The position numbers were made by a program, and so were the translations under genes. A DNA stretch of 64,000 nt from Veleropilina oligotropha (lineage: Eukaryota), in NCBI GenBank assembly GCA_048128005.1, contig JBEUKZ010000070.1, positions 186,001-250,000 on the forward strand, read 5' to 3'. Below are positions 51,679 to 62,900 of the stretch, piece by piece. Position 1 is the first letter of the stretch; every line of letters starts with the position of its first letter. A model generated the notes under the pieces. The model was not told the origin of the DNA and did not search any database. It saw nothing but the letters and a program-made list of their open reading frames with translations.

Positions 51679-52448
51679 TGTATCGCAAGGACTGCGGTAA
51701 TGGGCATGCCGTGATTGTCGATCGGGTTACTGTCTGCGTCTGTGACGTACACCTTCAACTCTGTGATAATCCCGGCCTGTAGTCGCCGGCCGGCGGGATA
51801 ACTGTGGTAGTGGGCAGCCTCACCGAATATCTGCGACATGATAGGGACCACCGCGAGAATAGTGCTCGGGGCTCCGTCCTTCACATTGTGTGTCGTACTG
51901 AGCTGCTCCAGGTGAACGTGCAGGGTCGGCGCTATGGCAAACCCGACAGGCTTGTTCCCGTCATAAGTCCCAGGGCGTAGCCACTCGGATCTCTCCGTAG
52001 GGGGAGGTCGGCTCAGCGTTCCTCTGGGGCGAAGGGGTGGGTTCAGATTCCCCGATTTATCGAGAATGAACAAAGAAAGGTTCAAGCCGAGGAGTTTCCG
52101 GATATCGTCGCTTATCGCGAGTCGGGTCCCCTCTGGGACTACGACTCGGGCGAGTCCCGTAGCATGGCTTACATCTAGCTGTATGTTAACTAGCGACCTC
52201 TTCATCGTCTTGGCGAGGTCATCGAAGCTGTAGAAACCTGGTGCCACCTCTACCGTGGTATCGGGGGTCTTAAAGAAGGCTCCGGCATGCACGTTGTGCC
52301 AGCCTGCCCAATAGTCGAGCGACTGCAAGCTGACACATAGTTTGCCTTCCCGGTTGTCAATCGGCTCCAGGAGGGCAACCGCGGTCCCCTCTTGAACACT
52401 CGTTAATGTGTGAAACATAGCTATGGCTAAGAGCGCCTTTGTATTCAA
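51675..52448 (-). CDS. Putative minor capsid protein (penton, single jelly roll)
   Basis: W.NV..PGFYSFDDL..LLGL..LHVHL..STILAVVP and C-terminal ITELKVYVTDADSNPIDNHGMPITAVLAI resemble Polinton-type pentons. Confidence 0.7.
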   Translation of the reverse strand: MNTKALLAIAMFHTLTSVQEGTAVALLEPIDNREGKLCVSLQSLDYWAGWHNVHAGAFFKTPDTTVEVAPGFYSFDDLAKTMKRSLVNIQLDVSHATGLARVVVPEGTRLAISDDIRKLLGLNLSLFILDKSGNLNPPLRPRGTLSRPPPTERSEWLRPGTYDGNKPVGFAIAPTLHVHLEQLSTTHNVKDGAPSTILAVVPIMSQIFGEAAHYHSYPAGRRLQAGIITELKVYVTDADSNPIDNHGMPITAVLAIQ

Positions 52449-53693
52449 TAGGAGTGCGGCCTATACGACCGGTGTGGTGTACCCAGCAAAGATCAAAGAT
52501 GAGCAGCTTACGAGACCAAGCATCAATGTGGGTAATAGCTCAACCACTGCATTCCAGGCCAAATATCCCGACGTATTTCAAAAGTATCGCCTCCCACATG
52601 TCGCGAGTGACCGACTGATAAGGGCTTGGCAGACCACGCCGATGCGATTTTGGCAGAACAAGGTAAACTTCGCCGTCTGGTGTGCCACAACAGGTTCCGG
52701 GATCTCCTCAGAAGACCACTTGAATGCGACCGACCCCCTCTCCAGAGCCGTATTCACCTTCCACGTCTACTATCAGGTCAGAAGGGTACTGACCGAGATT
52801 CAGGCGCCACTGCCACAAGAGGTGACGTGGGATGCATTCGACACCCCGTATGACCGAAGGGCATATGAAAAGATCTGCAGCGAATTCGGAGTGTCCCCAC
52901 ATACCGACTGGCATGTCAAGGGTCCCAACGGCGGCCTAGGCACCGCTTTCAGCTACTGGACGAACAACGGCTACCACCCCATCGGACGTGAGTATGATCC
53001 AAGCCGAATGTCCTTCACCAAAGGTACGACCAACACGAATCTGCACGTGGACTACATCGCGCAAGCGCCTGCGCTTTCAAACGGCTGGGCTACTTTTATT
53101 CTGGACCGGTCGGTGGGATTCACGAGGGCCGGCGTGGAGAGGCTCAATGACTCCATCAGGACCTACGTCTGGGCGATTCTTGGAGCGCAGGCTCAAACGC
53201 GTGCAGGTATTCTGGGTAGTGGGACGGCATTTGACGCACAGAAACAGTACCTGGCGAACGTGGAAGATGCCATCGCATCGCCAGTGGACCTCCCAGCAGC
53301 AATCCAACGGTACCAGAAGGTATTACAGTATGCCAGGTCCAAAGTGGATTATGTCTTCGGCGTTGGCCTGTACATGGCGCCAAGTAACATGCTTCTACGG
53401 ATCGGGCAGGTGGCTGGTTATAACAACGAGATCGTCATCGCCACGGAACACCAGACACTAGGTCTTAATACGACGGTCAACGATTTCGTTGTTCCACCCA
53501 CTGGGGAGACTGGAGAAACAGGACTGGTCATCCCACAAGACGCAGTCTTATGGGCAGATGCTCCGAAGCATCCAAACGATGAGCCGGCTGTGGCCGCGGC
53601 GGGGGGGGGGCAGCTGTGGCACATGACGAGGAGAAAACCGCACTCATCGTGGGCGGCATTGTCGTTGGCCTAGCGTTCATTTGGCTTACGTGA
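52423..53693 (+). CDS. Hypothetical viral protein (~420 aa), probable C-terminal membrane anchor after a G10 frameshift
   Basis: Long ORF 52423-53673. After G10 (53601-53610) another frame reads HDEEKTALIVGGIVVGLAFIWLT* (stop 53691-53693). Confidence 0.7.
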
Positions 53694-54976
53694 CCCACTG
53701 TCTAGCGGCAATAAGAAGCAAGCCCCCAACAGATATAATCACAGCCCACAGGTTCTCGGCCAGCCACGATGCTGTCTTGCCGACCAGGTTGATTAGCCAG
53801 GAGACCAGGCTGCCAATCATGCCTGGGAGTGCCGCAGCGGCCTTCCCCGCTAGTTTACCCAGAAGCCGACCCAGGTTCTGCAGCTGCTTTTTGACCCACT
53901 CCTTGACCCCCCCCTGACCACTGGGAGGTGGTGGTGTTGGTGCGATGCTCGGCGCTCCGCCTGTCAGGGCTAGTACCAAAGTCGAGATGGCCAACCCAAT
54001 AGCGGTCAGTATTGTTGCGATCGTAACCCCCTGCTCGCGAAATAGGGTCCGGATACGCTCGGCCAGCGTGGTATCTGAGTGGAGTATCCGATTTAGCATC
54101 TCTCGGATCCGGCTGATTTGAGAGCGAAGGGCCTCCTGGCTGGATCCGGCTGCCTCGAGGCGAGCTGCTCTCTCGTCATTTAAATTGCGCAGACGTTCCG
54201 CAATCCGTCGACGGACGAACTCATCCACACCGCCCTCTTCGTCTGCCTGATCGAGCTTCCTCTTCTCCAGCTCTATGTGTTCGTCCAGCGCCGTTAGTTT
54301 GGCCAGGTTGTTAGTGAGCTCGCCTCGAATGGTCTGCATTGCCTTATCCAACCCACGAAGCTCACGAAGATTGAATGGAGGGGGGTCCCCCTCCATAGAG
54401 TTCAAGAACTCTTCAACCTCGGCATCGGTGAACGTCGTCTCCATGTTGTGGATTGCTTCTGAGGCCTTTGTCGCGGTCTGCCCCAAGTCCCGCAGTTCCA
54501 CGTTGTCTACGTTGGCCGCCGCACCGCTCAACTCATTGTCGGCTGTCTGAAAAGCTGCGACGGCTTTTGAGGCCAGCTTCTTCTGCTTCCCCTCCCCCCG
54601 CTTCCAGTGTACGAAACCCAACTCGTCTCTGATGACTTTACCCCCACCTTTCCGGCCAGCTATCGTTGTCAAAGACAGGGGTTTCTTGGTGATAGAATGT
54701 ATGAGATCGATGTCTGGATGTTTCTTCAGCCGCAATCCCTCCCCCTCTACATACTCGAACTGGGCATAATCATGCCACACGGGCGGGGTCTGCCCCTCCT
54801 TCGACAGGGCTTCGTAGTAGCCATCCACCGCGTCCTTCACGAACTCTTGCTGCAGATCGCTGGTTCCTTCCTGTAGCGCTAGCGGCACAAACCCACCGTC
54901 TGGATTGTGCCGGCATTGTCACATCCTCATCGTCGATGGTGTCGGGCTCGAATGCGGGGTTATCGAATTCCGCCAT
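53686..54976 (-). CDS. Viral coiled-coil protein with C-terminal hydrophobic/amphipathic helices
   Basis: ORF 53686-54888: long heptad region, GVTIATILTAIGLAISTLVLAL and LWAVIISVGGLLL. The likely true start is ATG 54976 (MAEFDNPAF), with a frameshift near 54910. Confidence 0.7.
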
Positions 54977-55018
54977 TTGAATACAACCACCGGGTACGCA
55001 TCTAATTCAGCCAACAAC

Positions 55019-56330
55019 ATGGCCAGCCAATACGGACGCACGCTTGATCCATACCGCAGACTGCGAGAGCCTCTTGGGGTCAAGGGTATCCGACAGTCGG
55101 TCACGATAACAAACAACCCATCCACGATTGCCGCAAACCAGCAGCTGTTGGTTCGGTTCCCGAGTCTCGGGGCTCACGACGTTATCGTACCAGGGACTGC
55201 CCACCTCGCATTCACAATTTCTCTGACCTCGGCTAACCCGGGCGGGACCGTGGTGCAGAACATCGGACGCGCCGTGGTCAAAAAGACCACGATAAAGATC
55301 AGTGGAAACGAAATCTTATCGATTGACGACTCCGACGTGTATCATTGCTACTGTGACCTCTGGAAGACACCCCAGGAACGCAACAGCGCCCACTATCAGG
55401 GTATCGATACCAGCGACGGCCACAATACGATGAAGAACCGTGTCGGCGCTGAGGGCGCCTTCAGACGTTCTGAGGACACGGCCATCTCGGACGCGTACGG
55501 CCCAAGGTTCCGCATTCCGCTGGATTTCGAGTTGCTGGAGAGCCATATGCCGTTCTACCAAAGTGCCCTTGGGGACCGTCTTGAGTACGAGCTCACCTTC
55601 AATGATCACTCAAGGATGATCAGGGACACCGATGACCCCAGTTCCAGCTACAGCATCGACAACATTAGCCTGGAGTATGACATGGTCACCCAGGTAGATC
55701 TGGCCAGGCTAATTAGTAACCAGTACTCGGGCCGTATCGTCATCCTCTACGACCGTGTCCTCCGGTATTCCGGTATCGTAAGCTCACCAGGGACAAAAGT
55801 GACACTCTGTGGAATTTGAATGTGAACGTTCCGGCGAGATCCATGAAGGGGATCTTACTTCTGTTCGATGATCCCGCGAGAGACGCCGCACCATTTGCCA
55901 GGGACACTGAGGCCTTCTACAACCCGAAAATCACCAATGTGGAGATAACTATAGAGGGAGTTCCGAACCAAATCTTTAGCCAGGGCATGCGTTCCCACCA
56001 GATGTGGGACGAAGCCAGGAAGCTGTTCGCCTCCAACCCGATCAGTAAGAGGCATCCTGAGGTGGCGTTGGTTGCCAAGGATTTGGCTTTGGCAGACGTG
56101 ACCCTGGGCCAGTTCTTAACGAAAAAGTATGCTTTGTGGATAGATTTGCGGGTCACCGACGACGACGGGCTGCACGGCTCCGGCCGGAAGGTAGATAACG
56201 GCAGCGAAGGCATCACCATCCAGATAACTAAGATAGGCGAGGCAGCCGTCCCGTTGAACGTTTATCAGTACATCGTTATGGACGCGCAGCTCAATATTGA
56301 GAATGGCCGATTTTCACCGCGCTGTACTAG
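55019..56330 (+). pseudogene. Putative double-jelly-roll major capsid protein, frameshifted by an 8-bp duplication
   Basis: About 435 codons, beta-rich, directly upstream of the packaging ATPase. Removing one TCCGGTAT (55761-55776) joins ORFs 54905-55819 and 55816- in frame (..DRVLRYRKLTRDKSDTLWNLNVNVPARS..). Confidence 0.7.
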
Positions 56331-56333
56331 TAG

Positions 56334-56928
56334 GCGGTTTCCGCACCCCAAGGACCCCCACTCCGCGATTATCTGCGGCCAGACGGGCTGTGGGAAGACG
56401 GTTTTCATGCTTGAACTGCTGAAAGGGGTCTATCGAGGGGTGTTCAGGCATATCGTGATCCTCTGCCCCACGATCAAGTTTAACAAGGCATACCAGTCCT
56501 GTCCGTGGATCCCGGAGGTGTACATAATCCCCCCTGGTGAGCGACTCCATGACTGGTTGCGGGGGTTCTACCGGCTTTTTCAGGGGGAGTCGACTCTGTA
56601 CATCATCGACGACTGCGCCGCCAGCAAAGCCCTCGCCAAAAAACGGGACATGCTGACTGAGCTGGCTTTTAGCGGGAGGCACGCCGCTCAGAGTGTGTGG
56701 GTGGTGACGCAGAAGTACAACTCGATCCTGAAGGAGTTTCGGGAGCAGACCCGCTTTGTCGTTTTGTTTCATTGCAAGGACCGAGATTCCTTCGAGGACT
56801 GTCGCCGCGAGAACGATGTCATTCAGTCACAGGATGAACGGACCGCGGTGCACCGGCTGTTGGCCGAGACCCGACACGCTAAGCTTCTGTTGAAAACTGA
56901 TCAGCTCGTTGCTTATAGTGTGCTTTAG
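56334..56928 (+). CDS. A32/FtsK-HerA-type genome packaging ATPase
   Basis: Walker A GQTGCGKT (56377-56400), Walker B LYIIDD, then SGRH and SVWVVTQ motifs of A32-like ATPases. Confidence 0.9.
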
Positions 56929-56970
56929 CAAGCTGTAGTCTACTGAGCATCTCCTGAGCAGCTACCCAGC

Positions 56971-57735
56971 ATGTCGGACGCTGTATACATAGCTTTTGCT
57001 TTCAGCCAGAGCCTGATCTTGCTCCTACTCGCTACATTGTGGTATTGGATCTACAGTTATATTAGACCGGTGAGGCGATGCTGGAAACGCTTCAGGATGG
57101 ACAGCCTCATCGATCAACTCATGGATGACGAACAAGAAACGACCATCACCGGCCATCGCTTGACTCCCGATGGCAAGGAACCTGTCAGTAACAGTGGAGT
57201 CGCAAGTTCCGTTTGCGCGGCAAAGCGTGAGAGGCTTGCAGCCTTAGCCGTTGGAGGACAGGCCCACCGATACATGGGGCGTAACCTCACAGTGGACCGG
57301 ATAGACGACATGTCCGATGAAGAGGTCGAAAAGCACCACGCGAGGTATGAAGCGAAACTCGGTGCCGATGTGACGAAGACTCTGGGGACTTCAGCTATTC
57401 ATCTCTACGCGGGGGCTGCTGGGATGTTCCTGCCCATTCCACCAGCAAACCAGCTACGACTGATCGCCGACCTGGAGGCCGACCCGTTCATCTCACATGC
57501 CCTGACCACTGCAAGCTGTGAGCTGTATTATAAATGGGGCATGTACCTCGCACCGCTGACCGCAGCGTTGACCACGGCTAAGCACTGCCAATTTGGACAT
57601 GTTTGCCCGCCTAAGATACCAGAGCGAGGGCGAGATCAAGATGACAACGCTGGAAGTGGACCAAATGATCGAGAGCCAGCCGATCGAGAGCCAGCCGATA
57701 GAGAGGGTGACTTCTTCTTCGGGGAAGGACCCTAA
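56971..57735 (+). CDS. Hypothetical viral protein (254 aa; N-terminal hydrophobic segment, or start at an internal Met)
   Basis: Open ORF within the co-oriented gene block. Confidence 0.6.
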   Translation: MSDAVYIAFAFSQSLILLLLATLWYWIYSYIRPVRRCWKRFRMDSLIDQLMDDEQETTITGHRLTPDGKEPVSNSGVASSVCAAKRERLAALAVGGQAHRYMGRNLTVDRIDDMSDEEVEKHHARYEAKLGADVTKTLGTSAIHLYAGAAGMFLPIPPANQLRLIADLEADPFISHALTTASCELYYKWGMYLAPLTAALTTAKHCQFGHVCPPKIPERGRDQDDNAGSGPNDREPADREPADREGDFFFGEGP

Positions 57736-58117
57736 GATGGTGGCTGCGGGGCGGGCCGGTGCTGCGGCTCGGAAAGCCAAGCAGGAGAAGCTACTTGAGG
57801 CGGTTAGAAAACTCAAAGAAGACGCTCGACAAGTATCCGTCAGCGAAGTTCCTTCAGACCTACCGGAGGCACAGCCCCAACAAACACACAGTGGTGCCCC
57901 GGCCGAGGTGACCACGGTCGAAAAGTCAGCTACACGGAAATCGGACCCATTTAATTGGACCCAGGTAGCCGTTGCTGCCGGTACGGTTGCGTTGTTATTT
58001 GTTGTCTGGAAACGCAGCAGCAGTGGTCCATCCACACCACATCAACAGCCACTAGCACAGGCGAGGCAGCCCACCCCCTCGAGGGCCACCACCGAATTGA
58101 AGAATTCGCCCCCTTGA
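57641..58117 (+). CDS. Hypothetical viral protein with basic KDPKMVAAGRAGAAARKAK motif and a TM segment
   Basis: ORF 57593-58117, first ATG at 57641, hydrophobic VAVAAGTVALLFVVW. The C-terminus is possibly truncated. Confidence 0.55.
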   Translation: MTTLEVDQMIESQPIESQPIERVTSSSGKDPKMVAAGRAGAAARKAKQEKLLEAVRKLKEDARQVSVSEVPSDLPEAQPQQTHSGAPAEVTTVEKSATRKSDPFNWTQVAVAAGTVALLFVVWKRSSSGPSTPHQQPLAQARQPTPSRATTELKNSPP

Positions 58118-58146
58118 ATACCATTTTTCCCAGGCGTGCGTAGCCG

Positions 58147-58269
58147 ATGGCAAGGCTGGACTTCACGGGTTACGACGTCGGGATGGTCGTCCTCGACGTA
58201 GCGCTCGCCATGGCGACGAAAGATATGCTGATCAAGCAAGGCATCATTCCGGCCGACGTTTTGAAGTAG
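58147..58269 (+). CDS. Small hydrophobic viral protein (probably the 3' part of a rearranged gene)
   Basis: Reads MARLDFTGYDVGMVVLDVALAMATKDMLIKQGIIPADVLK*; below the ORF-track length cutoff. Confidence 0.5.
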   Translation: MARLDFTGYDVGMVVLDVALAMATKDMLIKQGIIPADVLK

Positions 58270-58299
58270 TGGGACCTGCTAGATAATCGCAGTATTTCA

Positions 58300-58728
58300 A
58301 TGGCTTCCATTGCGATGCTGGTTGGGGGCGCTCTCGTCAACGCCCTCGCCTTCAGCGGGTCCAACTTCCTCTTCTCGAAGCTACGCAGCTCCGGTGTTGA
58401 TGAGGAGCGTAAACGCCACGACAAAGCCGTAGAGCAGCTCAACGCCGCTCAGACTAAATGGTCCCAAAAGAGGGCAGAGCGTCTCGACTGGCTGAACGTT
58501 GAACTTCGCCGCCAGGGTCACGCCGTTGGCACATTTCGGGATGTTGACGCCGCTATCCGTGAGTATGCATTGATCACCGGCAAGAACCTTGACCCCGGCC
58601 TGGGAGGTGGCCCTGAGCCCGCCCTGTCCGACTACTACACGCCGAGCGATGACCAAAAGGGACGTGAGATCACCTTCATCATCCTCGGGATGGCGGCTAC
58701 CGGGTTGGTAGCCAACAAGCTCGCCTAA
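58300..58728 (+). CDS. Hypothetical viral protein, hydrophobic ends with central coiled coil (142 aa)
   Basis: MASIAMLVGGALVNALAFSGSNFLF..EERKRHDKAVEQL..P.LSDYY.PS..ITFIILGM. Confidence 0.7.
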   Translation: MASIAMLVGGALVNALAFSGSNFLFSKLRSSGVDEERKRHDKAVEQLNAAQTKWSQKRAERLDWLNVELRRQGHAVGTFRDVDAAIREYALITGKNLDPGLGGGPEPALSDYYTPSDDQKGREITFIILGMAATGLVANKLA

Positions 58729-58993
58729 TTATTTCTATAGTGAACATTTTTTTCGTGGGCATGTATAATAATGGGGCTCCCAGAAGAGCTGTACTGCGCC
58801 ATGCTTGCGGTCAGCGGGGTGGGCCTTGGTACTACGTCACTCGACTGCTGGCGGCGCAACGAAAAGACTATGGTGCGGTTCGCGGTCCTGGTGCTCTCGG
58901 GCCCGACCAACCTTCGGGCGACTACTGCGCAGCGACCGGCTCCGGAAGCTGAAGCCTGTTGGAGACTGATCAGTTTACTGGAATACATTGCTG

Positions 58994-59962
58994 ATGGATA
59001 GTAAGCTTGCGAGGATATACTACAGCCCTAAGGGCTACTGGAAAGGCATTGCCGCGATAAAGAAACTAGCTGAGGCTGCCAAGGCGTCTGAAGTGGAGGC
59101 CCGGACATGGCTTAAGAGGCAGGCTATATGGCAGATCTATTTACCTGCGCCACGGCGGATTCCAAGACCAAAATTCGACGTCGTAACGCCGAATGAGGTT
59201 CACCAAGCTGACCTCCTGTTTCTCCCCCACGACAAGGTCGGCCGTACAACGTACAAGTACGCTCTGACTGTGGTTGATGTGGCCAGTCGCTTTAAAGAAG
59301 CTGAGCCTCTGGCCACAAAAGAGGCCAAAGGGGTTGCTGAAGCTCTGTCTCGAATCTACAGGCGGAGTCCTCTTAGCTGGCCGAAATTGCTTCAGGTTGA
59401 TCCAGGGCGAGACTTCATGGGGACGGTCTCCCAGCTGCTGGCAAAGAATAATGTCGAGGTTAGGCGTGGCCGTGTGGATCTCCATCGCGATCAAGGGATC
59501 GTGGAGCGCTTCAACCGGACGCTCGCTGAGCGGCTCTTCGGGCACCAGTATGCAACAGAGATGCGGTTTGCAGAGTCTGCGAAAGAGGGTCAAAGGTCGA
59601 CTGAGTGGGTCGCCCGGTTACCGCCTCACCGGTAACCGGGCGACCCAAAGGATGCCATTAAGGCGCCTCGCGGTGCCCAAAAGCCCTCTTCCACTGTTCC
59701 AGACCGACAGGGGAAGGAACAGAAACTCCCCTCTGACGTAGATGTTCGCTACCTATACCAACCCGGTGAGTTGGAGGGTGGTCGCCGGCGAGCGACTGAC
59801 CCGGTGTGGTCTTTGACGGTTCACAGGCTTGGACGCTCTGTCACTAAGCCTGACGAGCCTGTGCTCTACTACTTGCTCGATGGACCACCGCGTGGGTTTG
59901 TTCGAGAGGAACTTCTCGTGGTGCCTCGTGACACCCAGCTGCCGCCGGTTCTCAGGCGTTAA
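58994..59962 (+). pseudogene. Retroviral-type (rve, DDE) integrase of Polinton type, frameshifted near 59625
   Basis: HQAD (~59204), YKYALTVVDVASRF, LQVDPG (~59393), GIVERFNRTL (~59500). The C-terminal part VRYLYQPGE..DPVWS..YYL..RGFVREELLVV* continues in another frame to 59962. Confidence 0.9.
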
Positions 59963-62900
59963 CAACCGCAAATCCTCTTTTTCGGTTACATTCAAGGCAC
60001 GTTAAGCGCACGTTGTCGCGGATGTGGCCCCTGCTGTTGTCCACACGGTCGACACTGAACTGCTGTGTGTCTTTCGGGGCATATGCCCAGAGCAGCTCTA
60101 TGTTGCATGCCGCGCAGCGGTTGGTTTGGGCGTCTTTGAGCTGCAGGATGTTATCGACCTTGAGGTTAAATCCCTGGAGATCCTTTGCCTGGTCCTGGCG
60201 TTTGTATGCCACGAGCTTTTTCTGGATGGTTTTTCGAACCTGCTGCTCGGTTTGGGGTGGCCTGTCCTCAGCACCCTCATCCGGAGGACAGGTTACCCGT
60301 TCGAGCTGATGCAGATGCTCCACCCGGGACACGGCTAGGTAGGCGAGATTACTCCACTGAAGGTAGTCATCGATGATCCAGACCCTCTGCGGGTCGTGAA
60401 TCGTAAGACCCTGGCTCGAATGGATGGTGAGAGCATAGCCCAGGCGCCAATCCGTGGTCTGAATAGCCCTCTCAGCGGCGTCAATGGTGACCTCTACGAC
60501 GTCGTTGAGAACTAGCTCCTCTCTTTCGTCGGTGCCCGGAATCGTTACCATGATGTTTTGCTTATGGGTGTCCCTGGGGTGGTACAGGATAGGTACCAGG
60601 GAGTCTGGGAAGTGCTCCTTGTGCCTCTGGAGCAACAGCTGTTGAGCCCATTCGCGGACCTTCTGCCGGCTGGTGAGGATTAGGTCGCCTGGCCTCCAGG
60701 TGTTGACGAACCGATCCCATCCAAGGCAGCTAGGGAGGGTCTTACGCATTTCCTCGCACTGGATTTTGTCGGGCTGGAGGCGGATACGTCTTTTCAGGGC
60801 TTGGAGGGCAGGGTCGTCTTTCGCCCTGTAGTCTACTTCGATCTCTTCATAGTAGTCCGCGGTCCTTCGCAGCCAATCGTGCGGCATCTCGCCCGTAATC
60901 GGTGGTGGCTGGCCACAACAGATAACCTGAACTTCGTGCTGGCCCAGCCAGTCCAAGAACATCTCGAGGATAGGCCGGGGAACAGTACAGACCTCGTCCC
61001 AGATAATGACGCAGGGGATGAACTTCTGACCCATGCGGTCGGGTGTCCAGTCAGTCTGGCCGCTCCATCGGAAGAAACTGTGGTAGGTCTGGGCTTTGAC
61101 ACCTCGGGTCCGCATTTCCTTGGCGAGGCGGTGGGTTGGCGTGAACACCGTGGGATTCCTTGCCCGAAATAGTTCGATCGCTCTCGTAGTCTTGCCACAG
61201 CCCCCTCCACCGTTGAGGTAACTCAGGCGATGGTGGGTCAGCGTGTCATTGTAGCATGGCGCGGTGCTTGGCGGGAGGTCCTTCTCGGACTGCGTGTACT
61301 CCGGCTTGGGCAGGTATGCGGCATGTTCCTGTGGCATATACAGCTGTTCGCCCTTGTCACGCCACTGGGCCGGTGCTACTGGCGGAAGGTACGTCTCCCC
61401 GAGCAGACAGGAGATGCACGATTTCTCACCACAGTCGCAGAGTTTGGGGGCAACGTACGCCTTGACATCGTCGAGCTTCTCCAACGAGGCCTTCTTGAGG
61501 TAGATGCTGTCAGTGGCCACTCGGACAGCCTCATCAGGGGTGAAACGCTGAAGCATGCTCAAGAGGTTTATGTGGGCATAGGCCAACATGCTGGCCCTCA
61601 GGTGGGCGTACTGAGGCTGGGAGCTATCATAATACGTGAGGATGTGACCGAGGGGGCATCTCTGAGGAGCGCCGACCAGGGTACCGCTTTGGCGGGTGTC
61701 TCTTACGAGGAAGTCGAGCTCGCCCTGGTCGGTCACCAGTCTACGAGTCAATCTTTTTCCGTCTGCCTTGGCGCCTTGGGTGAATTTGCCGATAATGCTG
61801 CAGCCCTGGTCACGATCCGGAGGAAGCCAGACATCGGTCTGCTTTTTGAATGCGATGATGGCTTCTCGGATCTTGAGGCTTTTTAGCAGGCCGGACTCTA
61901 CGAGGAAGACGAGCAGAGGCGTCGGGGCCCATCCATTTTCTGCAAAGTGCTTTCCGAACCAGGCGGGAATGGCGGGGTGGATCTCTTGTGCAAACTCCCA
62001 TTCCACGACCTCGGCAAAGCCAGTTCCGATTTCTTGGGGAAGAGGACCGTTAATTGCGACCCGAGTCATGCGGTGGAGTGGGTGCCCGAATCGCTCGAAG
62101 TATGGCTTGGCCTCGCCCTTCCCCTGAAAGCTTGCAGGGTAGCAGGATTTCATATCGATGCAGCAGACATCTCTCGTGTCATAGCCCATGGAATTCCAAA
62201 GGCCACCGTGACCATGCTCTACGCATGCCTTCTGGATATCATCGTGCAGGCTGGCCGGGGTAGGCTTCCAGCCGTTATTCTCCTTGGCCATAATGCTCGC
62301 TGCATGGTTCACGCCAAAGGCTCGATCGGCAAGAGACTCATTTCCCAGAGCCTTACAGGCTTCTTGGAGTCTCTCGTGATCATCTTTTGTCCTGTACGTG
62401 CGGCCGTCTCGCAGCACGAACTGGTCCACGCCAAGCTGTCGGTCTCCACCGCCAAGGAGCCAGACAGCCAATGGCTCATTATGTGTGGCTTGTCGAATAG
62501 CTTCCCAGACATCGCCCTCGTAGATGTGGACCTCTCTACTTTGCGGGAAGTGCAGCTCCTTGGACCATGCGTGGCCGTTGTGACAGATGAGTTCTACGTT
62601 TCTGAATGTATGGGTTCCTTGACCGCGGTACTTCCCACTGTTGTAGATGTCCTCGCCGGCGATGTCTCGCACGATGATCGCCCGTTTCAGTATCTTCTCG
62701 AGGATGGATATATCATCCACAGTGGCGCCTGTTACATGAACTCGCTCTTCCCACTCCTGTATTTGCCGCAGTCTTGTCGGGGTGAGTCCGTTTCCTCGCA
62801 GGGCACCTTCAAAGTGCTCAATCACTCTTTGGGCAACGCAGTTGAGGTCGCCGTTCTTCATTGGAACCAGGTTGGCTGGGTTTGGTTCTCTGAGAGGGTA

